Origin: Octopus vulgaris
Lineage: Eukaryota
DNA length: 64,000 bases
Assembly (NCBI GenBank): GCA_951406725.2
Contig: OX597824.1
Coordinates: 59,830,001 to 59,894,000, forward strand
Reading direction: 5' to 3'
The notes under the pieces are model-generated. The model made no database searches and was not told the DNA's origin. It saw only the letters and a list, made by a program, of their open reading frames with translations. Shown here one piece after another: positions 62,559-64,000 of the stretch; the stretch's first letter is position 1, and every line of letters begins with the position of its first letter. The position numbers and the translations under genes are program-made.

Positions 62559-63598
62559 TTTTCATCATCATTTTTACATTTGTATTTTGTATGCTTGCAG
62601 AGTTGACCAAAGCTTCTCGAAATAGTTTTCTACACTCAGGTGCCATTGTCGACGCTAACCCTGTGTTGTAGTGAATTACCTCATTCCCCATTTTTATACA
62701 TCAAGTAGCCATAAGGACAGAGACAACATAGCCACAGTTGAAATCTCACTAATGTAAAGAACCATGGAATCAAACACATAGGATTTAGTTGAACTTGTTA
62801 AAAAGAGATTAGGTTTATGAGACAGGTTGTTGTTCTGATCCAGAGAATAAATTTTCACTATCATTAACTTATCTATTGCTGTGGTTTGGAGATGGACAAC
62901 AAAATTTTATGCAAAATTTTGTGTGTGTGTGTCTTTGTGTCTTTGACAACCGGTGTTGGTGTGTTTACGTCCCCATAACTTACTGGTTCAGTAAAAGAGA
63001 AATAGAATAAGCAACGGGCTTTTAAAAAAATGTACTAGAATCGATTTAATTCTTTCGGCTAAAAATTCCTGGCAGTGCTCCCGCACAGTCTAATGAGTGA
63101 ACGACTAAGAAGATTAATAAAAAATAAATATGTATGGTAACCATACATGCTCACTCACAAAAAAAACGCGGTATAGTTATGTATATATGTAGCAATTTAT
63201 CTAAATAATTTTAATTAATTCTTAACATGAGACCCACCAATTCTAAACTCAAACCTATTGTTGCAGATCCACATAAACTGGTAACGTTGCAGTGTTTCAT
63301 CATTATGTGCCTTATTTTACTTGGAAAAGTAGTCTGTCAGATATTTTACTTGTTGGTGGTAAAACTTAGAAAAATCTTTTTGCTCTCCTTAGATCGATTC
63401 TCTTTCCATCTAATTCATGAAGGCTGCAATATACTCTTTACTCTTTTACTCTTTTACTTGTTTCAGTCATTTGACTGCGGCCATGCTGGAGCACCGCCTT
63501 TAGTCGAACAAATCGACCCCAGGACTTATTCTTTGTAAGCTTAGTACTTATTCTATCGGTGTCTTTTGCCGAACCGCTAAGTTACGGGGACGTAAACA

Positions 63599-63637
<39 letters not shown>

Positions 63638-63650
63638 ACATATATATATA

Positions 63651-63912
63651 TCTCCCCCCTCCTCACCTATCCTTTCTCCCCCCGACCCCTACTTCTTCAG
63701 TCCTTCATCCTTTCACCCCCTACTCCCCTTCCCTTCTTCCCTCTTTCTCCCTCCCTCTTCCCCTTCCCTCTGCTCCCTCACTCCCTCTCTCCCCTTCTCT
63801 CTCCCCCTCTCCCTCTTTCCTCCTTCATCCCCCTCATCCCCTTCCTTCTCCCCCATCCTCTCCTCTCCCCCTTCTTCCCCTCCCCTTCTCTCCCCCTCCC
63901 CCTCTTCTCCTC
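63651..63912. repeat. Polypyrimidine/polypurine low-complexity tract
   Basis: Almost exclusively C/T on the plus strand. Confidence 0.9.
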
Positions 63913-64000
63913 ACTACACCACATGACTTTACACATCACATCACATATGATGTGCCATACTAATACACACACCAACTAATACATACTAATACGTACTAAT

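Overview
AT-rich, repeat-saturated eukaryotic (animal) genomic DNA. Long (TA)n/(CA)n/(TATG)n tracts, the SINE families present and a TTAGGG telomere motif suggest a coleoid cephalopod such as Octopus (inference, not verified). Only one intact host gene is visible: a single-coding-exon, ER-type UDP-glycosyltransferase (19486-21000, minus). The rest is mostly nested transposon debris: CR1, RTE and Tx1/L1 LINEs, a Gypsy fragment and a probable solo LTR, Penelope-like elements (PLEs, including an EN-before-RT Naiad-type copy), Helitrons, hAT, mariner/Tc1, pogo, Chapaev, MITEs and tRNA-derived SINEs. The most interesting signal is non-coding. Several unrelated (TA)n-embedded elements carry minimal hammerhead-ribozyme motifs with palindromic stem III. 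One is a textbook-perfect hammerhead inside a 404-bp partial tandem unit (retrozyme-like). Another family carries a hammerhead-like motif whose GAAA strand is missing or displaced upstream. All calls were read by eye; no alignment or folding software was run.
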